Shown here: positions 9,901 through 17,546 of the stretch, in pieces
Layout: the number at the start of each line of letters is the position of its first letter
Position numbering within the stretch: the first letter of the stretch is position 1
Source of the DNA: an uncultured bacterium
GTDB taxonomy: Bacteria; Omnitrophota; Omnitrophia; Omnitrophales; Abzuiibacteriaceae
Direction of reading: 5' to 3'
DNA: 64,000 nucleotides
NCBI GenBank assembly: GCA_964387845.1
Contig: CAYLXA010000001.1
Location: forward strand, 160,001-224,000
Notes under the pieces: generated by a model
Told to the model about the DNA's origin: nothing
Seen by the model: the letters and a program-made list of their open reading frames with translations, nothing else
Database searches by the model: none
Made by a program: the position numbers and the translations under genes

Positions 9901-12900
9901 GCCAGATCCAAAACCGGCAGTCTTCTTAATTTTGGATCATTTGAGTTCAAATAAACCGGCACTTCGTCGTCAAAATGTTTCGCCGAAAATGCCATCACGG
10001 CTGCAAACTCGCCTAACTTCTGCAAAAATAATCTTGCTTCGGGTAAATTTTCAAGATAAGCACGCTCCGAAAATTGAATGACTCTCTCTAATTCATCGTA
10101 AATATATTCAAAATCAGAAAACATTGGAAGCGATCGCACAACTTCCGGCCAAAACGTATCAAAATTCAAATAGTAATGATATTGAAATATCATTTGAGCC
10201 AAATATCCGTTGGCTTGCCGAAGGATTCGGCCACGCAAATCTTTGTAATCCTCGATTCCGAACTTTTCTAAAAGCTCGGTGGGCCACGGCTTTGAAACTC
10301 TACGGCTGCTGATTTGATGAAAAACGTGCAAGCTCAAAAACCCGACGGTAGAAGCAACTACAACCGGCCACATCAAGCTACGAAGCTCAGAACGAATCCA
10401 TTTATCCGATAAGTCATGCTGGATTTCGCGGAACTGTTCGCGCCATTGAATCAGCTCGGCGTTTCGTTTGCGTGCATCATCCGCAATTGCTTGAAGCGGT
10501 TTTGGCACCATGCTTTGAACATAATATTGAATATCCAATTGAGCAAACCAGTTCCCAAAACGATATCTTTCACCATCCGGAATTTGACTCAGGTTAAAGT
10601 TTTCATGTTTTAATTTGGAAATAGCGAGCTGCCCTGCCAAGCGAGTCGATAAAGCTCCTGAAAAATAAAGCTGGAGCAACTTTGTTAAATGAAAAAAGTA
10701 AACAAAGTTAAGCCCATTGTTGCCAAATAAAACAGGGTCAAATGCAAACGCATCCTCTCCGCCTTTTTCAGGCCTAAAGTAGAGATCGATTAAGTTCGAA
10801 TTAAAAGAAGCATCTTTGACGTGGGTTATTCCGATTTCCCGCCATATACGCACATCCAGATCACCAATTCCCAACGCGTGGCGTAAACTTCCAAATAAAT
10901 AAACTCGCGGATATAAATCCGATTCAGAATAGCTTTCTTTAGCGCGTACAAAATCGAGTGCCTTTTTCAACTCATCAACCAAAAGAATTGAATTTTGAAA
11001 ATGTTCTAAATTAGTATAAGGATGCGTCAGGTGAAAATACAGCCGATGAAGCATATTGTGGACAAAACTCACGCCATTGATTTCTTCAAAAAGCCGGAGA
11101 TCTGCGGGAAGCACTCTTAGGCGTGGAGACTTTTCTTTGTTCCAACTGCGGATCAGCTGTTCAATCTCAGAATTGATTTGGATGTAGTTTTCTGATGCGC
11201 CCGATTCGAGATCTGGTTTGGCTAGGTCTTTTGATAACTGGAATAACTGATCCTCCATCGACATAATTTTCATGAAAAAATCAAAATCATCATCTGTTAA
11301 AGATCTATGGATGCTTTTCTGAATTTGCTTCAGAAAATAAATCGTATTGTCGAGGAGAATTTTGTGCGCTGCATCCTGCGGTATGTCAAAATGATCGAAC
11401 ATTTTTTGCGCCATTTTTTCAGCGGTTGGATAGAAAAGCGGCTGACCCAATTCATTCATTCTGAGTTCAGAACGGCGAGCAGTCTTCAAGAAACCTGATG
11501 CACCTGCCAACACTTTGCCTGCTTCAGGTAAACTTAATCTTCGAAGGAGCAATGGTTTCACGTTCTTCGCGGCTTTTCGTCTAGCGACTAAATACAAGAC
11601 ACCTTCAAATTCGGTTGCCGCCTCTTTTAAAGTCAGTTCTCGAAGCGGTCCGTCAATACCGTACTTTTCCCAACTCGCGCTTCGGCTTAAGGGGAGGCCA
11701 AAAACCTGAACGTCGATGTTTCGCCGTCTGAAGAGATTGACTAATTCGGCATTTGTCTTGACGCCGCGCGGATTAAGGCTGGATTTGGTTGCGTAAAGCA
11801 GTACGGAATTTTGAACAACGACCGAAGCGCCCGGGCTCATATTTGCCAAAACTTCTCCCGCAACTTTTTGAGCATCAACGTAATTCAATAAATTTGAAAT
11901 GACAATGGTGTCAAATTGAGAATATAAATGCGGCGGACTTAGCTGAGAAGAAGGCTTGCCCTCACGAAGAACCAAATCGATTGCATGGCGATCCTCCGGG
12001 CTCATACTCTCGATCCGCTCAACATCCGCCCGCACAGTCAAAACGTTACCCTTCTGCTCAATATCCTTGGGTGGGCGGAGAGCAAGCGCCACGATTTTTT
12101 TCTTTGGATACATTACAGCTGACAAAGGATTGCCCCCATCCCCCAATTCTAAAATTCGATCCCCTAAACCGCCGGATCGTTCTAACGCTGAGAAAACAGT
12201 TGCTAAATCGCCTCGAAATGTGACATCTTCGTCCCTATAAAAATTCCGCCATAGAAATTCACGGCCGAGATTGGTCAATTCCAGCTCAGAGGTCTTGCCC
12301 ACCACACTGCCTTGAAACACGGACGACAAAGACACAGCCGCTCGATTGCCGTCCTGCATCTGTAAACTTAAATTTCCCTCAAAAGAAGAAGCGTGGATGG
12401 TTATTTTGATTGTTTTTTTATTCTCATCGTCAAATTCCAGAAAATAACTTTCGCTCAAACTTCCTCCGGTTGCGATTTTTTTCGAAAAAGGTTTTTCCTT
12501 GGTATAAAAAGAAATGTTTTTTTGAATCAGGCGGACAAATTTCTGTACTTCTTCCGGCACATCACCGATGGTTTTGAGATCACCTGTTTTAAAAGTTCCC
12601 TCGGCCGAGCCAACAAAAACGAAACCGGTTTCATACTGCGTAAAAAACTGAAATCGCGAGGCCTTCTCTGCCTGAGTTTCATTGGGAACTACTCGAATGT
12701 TGTACCAATCGCCGCTGACAGGATGATAAACCAATAATAAAAATCCATGGCCATTTAATTCGTCTGCAAAAAATAAGTCGCCAATTCTTGGGTTCTGTGG
12801 ATCGGGCTTTCTTCTGCTTTCAAAACTGCCCAAATAGCCGGCGGCCTGCAGGCGCGCTATCAGACGAATGGCGGCAGGGCTAAATGTTTCGCTTTGTTCG

Positions 12901-13286
12901 CGCAATCTTTCATCGGATAGGGCCCTAAAAATAAATTGACGCTTGTCGGTTCTTCGCCGGTAACGCGCAATAGAAAAGTCTTTTAAAAATTCATCAGCCG
13001 TGAGCGCTTTGCCGTTATATTTTTTAAGAAATCTGGAAAGTCTTTCAACGTCTTTCTTTAAAATGGAAATCCGCGAAGCCTGGTTTGCCAGCGCGCTTGT
13101 CCGCAATTCAGAACGGACAATAGCCGGATTTAAGTTCCGGAAGGAACGGCTCTTTAAATAACTTGCGGCTTTTTGAAAGAAGGCGGTGGCAGACGGAATA
13201 TCACTGTACGCAATGGTGCTTGTGAAGGTAAAACTCAGCAGGGTTGTGAGGGCAATGGTTTTGAATAAAGCGGACTTTAATTTCAC
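3933..13286 (-). CDS. Giant secreted multidomain protein (3117 aa) with recurrent RSELR pentapeptide motif, two methyltransferase-like motif-I segments, a nucleotidyltransferase-like GS...DLD motif and one internal TM helix
   Basis: Uninterrupted 9354-nt ORF with a GTG start and GGGAGCG upstream. N-terminal Sec-type signal peptide MKLKSALFKTIALTTLLSFTFTSTIAYS. Motifs ILELGDGGNPLS...DTIVISNLLNYVD, YLFGSLRHALGIGDLDVRI, VLDLASGTNAVNF. TM segment IVWASVFGSVLSMIAALFYYFPVV near aa ~1620. Confidence 0.8.
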   Translation of the reverse strand: MKLKSALFKTIALTTLLSFTFTSTIAYSDIPSATAFFQKAASYLKSRSFRNLNPAIVRSELRTSALANQASRISILKKDVERLSRFLKKYNGKALTADEFLKDFSIARYRRRTDKRQFIFRALSDERLREQSETFSPAAIRLIARLQAAGYLGSFESRRKPDPQNPRIGDLFFADELNGHGFLLLVYHPVSGDWYNIRVVPNETQAEKASRFQFFTQYETGFVFVGSAEGTFKTGDLKTIGDVPEEVQKFVRLIQKNISFYTKEKPFSKKIATGGSLSESYFLEFDDENKKTIKITIHASSFEGNLSLQMQDGNRAAVSLSSVFQGSVVGKTSELELTNLGREFLWRNFYRDEDVTFRGDLATVFSALERSGGLGDRILELGDGGNPLSAVMYPKKKIVALALRPPKDIEQKGNVLTVRADVERIESMSPEDRHAIDLVLREGKPSSQLSPPHLYSQFDTIVISNLLNYVDAQKVAGEVLANMSPGASVVVQNSVLLYATKSSLNPRGVKTNAELVNLFRRRNIDVQVFGLPLSRSASWEKYGIDGPLRELTLKEAATEFEGVLYLVARRKAAKNVKPLLLRRLSLPEAGKVLAGASGFLKTARRSELRMNELGQPLFYPTAEKMAQKMFDHFDIPQDAAHKILLDNTIYFLKQIQKSIHRSLTDDDFDFFMKIMSMEDQLFQLSKDLAKPDLESGASENYIQINSEIEQLIRSWNKEKSPRLRVLPADLRLFEEINGVSFVHNMLHRLYFHLTHPYTNLEHFQNSILLVDELKKALDFVRAKESYSESDLYPRVYLFGSLRHALGIGDLDVRIWREIGITHVKDASFNSNLIDLYFRPEKGGEDAFAFDPVLFGNNGLNFVYFFHLTKLLQLYFSGALSTRLAGQLAISKLKHENFNLSQIPDGERYRFGNWFAQLDIQYYVQSMVPKPLQAIADDARKRNAELIQWREQFREIQHDLSDKWIRSELRSLMWPVVVASTVGFLSLHVFHQISSRRVSKPWPTELLEKFGIEDYKDLRGRILRQANGYLAQMIFQYHYYLNFDTFWPEVVRSLPMFSDFEYIYDELERVIQFSERAYLENLPEARLFLQKLGEFAAVMAFSAKHFDDEVPVYLNSNDPKLRRLPVLDLASGTNAVNFFKQISGDDHFIFSDRSFFVEAFSKRAKKFLRLGDQIEIRRVDIRDPALLFQEPAYRHVRFGNIDRYVDSLSQEWFRQLIARIPEGGQITFEYPFDELEFDFDGAGDSILKAFREFIHPEEWQSSTGSRAIPAFYKSGRYWHYLVFTRIATNQTTPRSELRASTEVVRLETIDPTRLNHKLHGKIEFIAQNQLSSKNGSVLKLEGESRDPRIIQIWTHLGFRPLVPEKEIADTIIGVANDFSSHTRIIVDHSGKPSTIQINFKKEIELNGKKLRSISLFLDSGKSHLPFHLIPARGKELDATPSKLNSLRSAIESGVLHVAEVVYGLPTAQSRDHLLTKLFGHTEYQNVLHDDETTAAKRADALGKVQQIKRDWRNNEQRLDEERRQAERPGEIEKLILRLPNEEPFVFHGPWEKPFVLLPENGKSGYAALETKRGQVIQFEFGPEDSDHHIVSLAKQALNNLLERQKRLKHAKRQILKKRIVWASVFGSVLSMIAALFYYFPVVRWFKRDLQYRLFEDPAPQVPYDPVDLSIGFSKLDQFALRVPPGNSEKMDRLAEELRFILDQDLKYAETEEDRNLIREFISLISKGSRLAIGNEVTLNGRSLLKPFEIVLMKAPQSKDEPNSALAAIDYDYTAWLPRKFRLMNIRYFINVAKFIHYPEKTNNPRAVQFKKYRQIHRNNISLAIQPDGSYRFDQDLNRKMILKGETFYESAQKDPSMKRLLDYYQDPKMKDWFRRYVVYATQPHYEQFVVLAEAVLKEIGPPGNFDDYIQSFSDEERREAVANELKNLRHIMRPDGSLDKRKIRLAALFQAWLDEINGNREIENPLSLTFLLSGRPEVDFSIFTEDFGFKTPEAEKDFSWLFEYADPMLEAFDAEHARSFKLTAEFDNQKQPAERSELRTKSGDIGNSGWSKLEIDLAEMGQRLFEIEELLTQRLVKQKDSVMMRLGNNDAKKAVKDFFDYVVGQVDLEHGAYPPLFYLVHNRRFDQLLTQAISAAGTYHYISVADGFRSELETIQTELARTPEKLNTYFQTDIFHELVSLAMRFHYSERNGQPLDPMDKLIAAAAKYLLAGMRQYQGRFIHLAIRQFQVGQLLKQMIIDPAFKEDDIGFIKIKRVQKTNTVEIYYLDSDAQRDVIKSEKFKLEKQDAFYFLTLLQFFTQQIDINRGNVDQIGSFILADPKNPNRKLIFKVEALANEINDLSIEVSNYKKRNNAQNGSAGGQRSELRALSQLLIEMGKRSDELKKFLEEDFREGLDPIEIINPDDPETENKVGLTMDQEGQFLRAVGKMRYLTASGLAYDEVRSLLEDAKNLFEDFRDKSPLFRQLGHLLTLLVLSEVDADELLDPGKFHGLLERFDKLDMKRLTQSRTMTERERLELKGAQFALWIMNRDQGRFLLSIASNHETPLPYSKLVQSYVLKPVFKLKQAKSVRLIRNGAVVTVIVSKDSDSKISARHFTAKPAGNALHFFTLVKLIAKDVAIERQRAGSDYGTFVLNDASESLEFKVRVIPTKNPAQEEVLITIENRSELRGHEDGRLNDVIPEPDGLLLKKLLSFADNDQVFLDNAAALAQKSAQGAALLFGILGPHLRHDHRIGTDELDIQLMPILIKGFLPSLKEFLKDPVQNRQKILEYGSALINGLLFVPNKTAASHGAEFFKQNDFPVDAFGLEAYREILQDISENLDNDPSQDFLSIVRQIAALFPEVFLGPEIPIFLRHQGEAQGEIDAEQLADFNKQNQTNFTLWQYVTGQASEYYRRVAEKEEKFTESYEHEFQKIYTYLVKGDGAKSELRFDHLNPFDGLEMHIETMESSVREAARQIDADPGLFLTPELRNYLNRTFEISGDSNQDLHLKRGVILMDILTREAGTVTPLLVRYYKAQGYEVAVVSDGAAAVSFQADERMKVFQYPDQAAHYLKKKLQVGFIQALGLKEDRGIALAMKNRGVIDDESSADDIRGLFNIVKFSSELRAEFQNAHELIIKA

Positions 13287-13476
13287 GAAATGTAAAACGC
13301 TCCCTTACGCGAAGATTTATTGAGCTAAAGTGTAGCACTTTATCCTTATATTTTCAATATAATAGGTAATTTAATTTATATAAAATGTATTTAATAGTTC
13401 TATATAGTACTATAAAAATATAAGCTGAAATTTAAGTGTTGAATCAAAAAAACAAGGCGCGATATACTTTTTTGCT

Positions 13477-14547
13477 ATGGACCATACGCATCATCAAAAA
13501 ACAAACGGATCTGAATGCTGCCATCATTCGGAGCAGGCTCGCCGGAAAGCGCCGTGGTATCACAATAAGCTGACAATCATTTTGCTAGGCACTGCCCTGC
13601 TTTATGGCGTGTCTTTTATTTTTCAGCCTCTTCTTGCATTTCGCGAGTCATTTGACAGTTATTTGAAAATCATCGCCATTCCGATGCTCATTGGGCTTCT
13701 CTTGGGCGGCGTGATCGATTACTACATCCCGCAGGAATATGTCTCAAAATATTTAGCACGCACCACGAAACGCACTGTTTTTTACGCAACAGGCCTCGGA
13801 TTTCTGATGAGCGCCTGCAGCCACGGTATTTTGGCACTTTCCATGGAACTTCATAAAAAAGGCGCATCAGGCCCTGCGGTTGTGAGCTTTCTTTTAGCAA
13901 GCCCGTGGGCCAATTTGCCGGTCACTTTTCTTTTGATCGGATTTTTCGGGTGGAAAGGGTTTTTGATTATCTTGGCCGCATTTCTAGTTGCGATTACCAC
14001 AGGTCTCGCGCTTCAACTTTTAGACAGTCGGGGCCTGATTGAAAAGAACCGGCATACTTCTGCGGTGAACTCGGAATTTTCAATTTTGAAAGATATGAAA
14101 CGGAGATTTTCCGAATATGAGTGGACTTTCTCCAATTTATCCAAGGACCTGCGCGGCATCGGAAAAGGCTCTTGGGAGCTTTCGGAAATGATTTTATGGT
14201 GGATTTTAATCGGACTGATTCTCGCGAGCCTGACATCTGCGTTTGTGCCGCACGGAATTTTCCAGAAATATTTCGGGCCGACCTTGCTTGGCTTAGTGGC
14301 TACTTTGCTTTTGGCCACTATTTTTGAAGTTTGCTCGGAAGGCACATCGCCTTTGGCGTTTGAAATTTATAAACAAACGGGCGCATTCGGCAACGCGTTT
14401 GTTTTCTTAATGGGCGGCGTGGTAACGGATTACACCGAAATCGGGCTTTTGTGGATTAATCTTGGAAAACGAACTGCGCTTTGGACACTGGCGTTATCAA
14501 TTCCGCAGGTGTTTTTGATTGGCTGGGCGCTCAATATACTTTTCTAG
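13477..14547 (+). CDS. Predicted permease (DUF318/ArsP-like family) with N-terminal His/Cys-rich patch
   Basis: 356 aa, multi-TM. N-terminus MDHTHHQKTNGSECCHHSEQ. Transcribed divergently from the giant gene across a 190-bp AT-rich spacer. Confidence 0.55.
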   Translation: MDHTHHQKTNGSECCHHSEQARRKAPWYHNKLTIILLGTALLYGVSFIFQPLLAFRESFDSYLKIIAIPMLIGLLLGGVIDYYIPQEYVSKYLARTTKRTVFYATGLGFLMSACSHGILALSMELHKKGASGPAVVSFLLASPWANLPVTFLLIGFFGWKGFLIILAAFLVAITTGLALQLLDSRGLIEKNRHTSAVNSEFSILKDMKRRFSEYEWTFSNLSKDLRGIGKGSWELSEMILWWILIGLILASLTSAFVPHGIFQKYFGPTLLGLVATLLLATIFEVCSEGTSPLAFEIYKQTGAFGNAFVFLMGGVVTDYTEIGLLWINLGKRTALWTLALSIPQVFLIGWALNILF

Positions 14548-15416
14548 CCGATCCGGAGCCGGACGGTTTCCTGTTTACCGTCTTTCTCGATCACAATGCT
14601 GGTGGGCTTAATTTCAATGATCTTCGTATGGCCCACTTGATCGCCGGGGCGCCAGATTTTTCCATTAATCAAAACAACCGGGTCGGAAGCATCATACATA
14701 ATGCCTTCCAGCACTAAATCTTCATGAGGCGCAGATTCAGCCCATGTCTTGAAAGGATTACGGCCGAATTCCCGGAACCGTGTCTTGCCTGCTTTTCGCA
14801 ATTCAACCGACAATTGGCCTTGATCCATATAAATCAGCTTTTCGTCATTCTCCGGAACAAAAACGGATACCGTCAGTGGCCCCCGGAGAAAATCGCTTTC
14901 GGGATTAGGCGGTGAAAACCGGAATTCGTCAACCCGCATGACGGCTTGATCCAACTTTCCCAGTTGTGAAAGAAATAGCGCGACATCCTGATAACTACCG
15001 CGGATCGTCATATCGATCGGAATCCGCGATAAATTCGGAAGCAGTTTTTTCTCGCTTTCATTTAAATCGGTTTTTGCCCTGGGTGAAATAGAATCAAATT
15101 GCACATTAAAGCGTTTGCCGGTGCTTGTGATTTGTTCGATGTAGGTCGCAACATTATTTCCTGACGTAAACTTAGCGAGCTCTTCTTTTAATTCTGCATT
15201 CGCGGCGGGTTCATTCAGCCGGTCCAATTGCCAGACTTCCTCGCGGTAATGATCCAGCTGGCGGCGGGTCTCGTAATAACCACTTTTTGCCTTGTCCACG
15301 CGAAGCGCCATAACACCGACTAGTGCAAGCATCGCGCACCCGATGACGCCGATAGCGCTCATTGGAATATGCTTGTGCCCGATTTTGATATCAATTTTCA
15401 TGTCTGAAAACTTCAA
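14544..15416 (-). CDS. Pilus assembly protein, PilO-like N-terminal part with PilP/GspC-like C-terminal beta domain
   Basis: Single TM, a coiled coil, then IPIDMTIRGSYQDVALFLSQLGKL (PilO-like) and a C-terminal VVLINGKIWRPGDQVGHTKIIEIKPTSIVIEKDGKQETVRL. Overlaps the upstream gene by 4 nt. Confidence 0.5.
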   Translation of the reverse strand: MKFSDMKIDIKIGHKHIPMSAIGVIGCAMLALVGVMALRVDKAKSGYYETRRQLDHYREEVWQLDRLNEPAANAELKEELAKFTSGNNVATYIEQITSTGKRFNVQFDSISPRAKTDLNESEKKLLPNLSRIPIDMTIRGSYQDVALFLSQLGKLDQAVMRVDEFRFSPPNPESDFLRGPLTVSVFVPENDEKLIYMDQGQLSVELRKAGKTRFREFGRNPFKTWAESAPHEDLVLEGIMYDASDPVVLINGKIWRPGDQVGHTKIIEIKPTSIVIEKDGKQETVRLRIG

Positions 15417-17020
15417 ATCGCCTCTCCCAATATTGAAAAAGTGACTGATTTTTCATTCCGGTCAGACTCGGCCAAAGTAGGTTTTCGAAAAACCGGGCCT
15501 TCAATCTGCTCCAGTGATTTCGAGAGGAGCCCCTGCTGACTGTCGACCGGGAAACTGCCTTTAATGATAAACAAGCCTCTCTGATAAGAGAATTCGGATA
15601 AAGTCACTTCTCTCGGAAATGCTTGAGATAACTCCTGAAAAACATCCTCCCAGTAAGGTTCTGAGGAAAAAACTCCGGAGATCAGTGTTTTCACCTGCAT
15701 GCTTTTCTGACGGATTGCTTTCACTTTTTGCGCTTCTTCATATCCCGGCTGCAGGTTCGCAATTTGCAAATGTAAAGACTTTGTCTTATCTGAGATGGTA
15801 ATGGATTGCCAGGCCAGACTTGAAAACAGTAAAACAAAAGCGGTCAAAGCGGCAATGGCTGTTTGCCGGTACGAAAAGAATTTAACCGCGGAGTTCCCCA
15901 TCTTGAGCAAATCGGGAAGCCACGGCTTTTTTAAATTATGCCTATCTAAAATAATGCTGATAGGACGGTAAAAACCGTTCAAATCGTCTTCACGGAGTTT
16001 GTCGGAAATTTCAATGTCCTGGAAAAAATAAACGGGCTTAACGGGGACTTGGAGAGTTTGTTCCACAAATTGAATAAACCCCTTAAGTCGGCTTCCGCCG
16101 CCTGTGAGAAAGATACGTTCAATTCCTTCCCCGTGTTCCTGGGAGTAAAAATCAAAAGAACGCCGGAGTTCACCGGTTAATTTTTGTAAAACGGGCCGGA
16201 TGAGCGGATATAATTTTGAAGCTTCGATTTTGCCGGCAATCAAATTTTCATTTTCGGCACCCAAAAATACGCTCTCATGCCGTGCCCGATCGGCCTCTTC
16301 CATGGTTAGCGCAATGCGTCCTTTATCAGTCACGATAGGCTGCGTGAGCGCCTGGCTCAATAATTCGCCGCCGAAAGAAATTTTGCGCAGAAAATCAAGC
16401 CGGCCGCCCGCATAAAGCGCGATTTCCGCAATTTTATGGCCAATATCAACCACTGTTACCAAATGCCGCGTCGACTGTGCGAAGGCATACGGCAAATGAT
16501 CGACTTCGAAAGCTGCATTCGCCAATTCAAAAGAACTGCAGCCGGATTCGCGGAGAATGCCGGCCAATGTCTCATAAACCTTGACGGGAAGAGCTGTTAC
16601 TAAAACTGTCTGTCTAAGGTCCTTTTTTTGACCCGGCATAGGTACGATTTTGTAATCTAGTTTCGCTTCTTCGATGGCAAACGGGAGTTCATCTTTTACT
16701 TTCCATTTAATTGTGTCGACCAAGTCTTTTTGAGATATGTTCGGAACGACAAAAGACCCGAAATAAGTTTGGAGGCTGTTGGTTACTAAAAAAACGGTAT
16801 GGCGGCTCAAATCAAACCCGGACAAAGCTTTCGCGGCTGCTTGCTTCAGCGTTTCCCTGGCCTGAGCAACATCCTCGTAAGGCGGAACCGGAATGCTCCG
16901 TGCCTCCAGAAGATGGAACCGCTTTGCGGCCGTTTTTATCTGGACAATTTTGACAGAGGAAGAAGCGAACTCGATTGCCAAGAAGAAGCGTTCGCGGTTT
17001 TCGTTGGGCCAATTCAGCAT
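15413..17020 (-). CDS. pilM: Type IV pilus assembly PilM (actin-like ATPase) fused to a PilN-like membrane segment
   Basis: 535 aa. N-terminal ~350 aa is PilM-like (actin/FtsA fold). It is followed by the TM helix AIAALTAFVLLFSSLAWQSITI and a PilN-like periplasmic domain. Confidence 0.65.
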   Translation of the reverse strand: MLNWPNENRERFFLAIEFASSSVKIVQIKTAAKRFHLLEARSIPVPPYEDVAQARETLKQAAAKALSGFDLSRHTVFLVTNSLQTYFGSFVVPNISQKDLVDTIKWKVKDELPFAIEEAKLDYKIVPMPGQKKDLRQTVLVTALPVKVYETLAGILRESGCSSFELANAAFEVDHLPYAFAQSTRHLVTVVDIGHKIAEIALYAGGRLDFLRKISFGGELLSQALTQPIVTDKGRIALTMEEADRARHESVFLGAENENLIAGKIEASKLYPLIRPVLQKLTGELRRSFDFYSQEHGEGIERIFLTGGGSRLKGFIQFVEQTLQVPVKPVYFFQDIEISDKLREDDLNGFYRPISIILDRHNLKKPWLPDLLKMGNSAVKFFSYRQTAIAALTAFVLLFSSLAWQSITISDKTKSLHLQIANLQPGYEEAQKVKAIRQKSMQVKTLISGVFSSEPYWEDVFQELSQAFPREVTLSEFSYQRGLFIIKGSFPVDSQQGLLSKSLEQIEGPVFRKPTLAESDRNEKSVTFSILGEAI

Positions 17021-17027
17021 GATGATT

Positions 17028-17546
17028 TTAACTGGAAAAAGTGCCTGTTCCGTTGGTTATAAAAATATCATCGTCATTTTGGCCCGTTAACTTTCCATTA
17101 TTATCAATACCGGTAATATCCGCCGCGCCGTCTGGGCCATATGAAAATGCAACGTAATATTTACCGTTTCCGCTGACGGAATAACTATACTCCGCATTTG
17201 CGGTTCGGAATGGATCATACAGAACTTGCCTCAGAACACGCGGGCTGTCACTCGCTAAATCACTACTTTGCCAATCCGATCCCGTCGGATAGGTGCTGGA
17301 ATGATTTAAATAATAAGCGTTGACGGCCGTCTGGATTGCTCTTAAATCACCTTTGGCAGTTTCAATGTTTTTATGCTCGCTCATCCCGCGCATCCGGATC
17401 AGTGAAATTCCGAGAATAATCACGACAAGCGCCAAAACAAAAATCATTTCGAGGACCGAAAAACCTTTCTTTGTGAATCGATCCCCGACACACACTGCGC
17501 GATACACGAAATCAAACCTCCGCCCAGGAATTTGCTTTTTTGGCAT
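17028..17546 (-). CDS. Prepilin-type N-terminal cleavage/methylation domain protein (minor pseudopilin); start uncertain
   Basis: KKGFSVLEMIFVLALVVIILGISL matches the class III signal peptide (G-F-S-x-L-E). The ORF extends to 17660, but the real start is probably near or downstream of the ATG at 17546. Confidence 0.6.
   Translation of the reverse strand: MPKKQIPGRRFDFVYRAVCVGDRFTKKGFSVLEMIFVLALVVIILGISLIRMRGMSEHKNIETAKGDLRAIQTAVNAYYLNHSSTYPTGSDWQSSDLASDSPRVLRQVLYDPFRTANAEYSYSVSGNGKYYVAFSYGPDGAADITGIDNNGKLTGQNDDDIFITNGTGTFSS

Noticed and set aside
3933-13286. Similarity of RSELR to the eukaryotic host-targeting motifs RxLR (oomycete) or PEXEL (RxLxE)
   Set aside because: The residue order does not fit either consensus (R-S-E-L-R versus R-x-L-R or R-x-L-x-E). 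It is treated as an independent motif.
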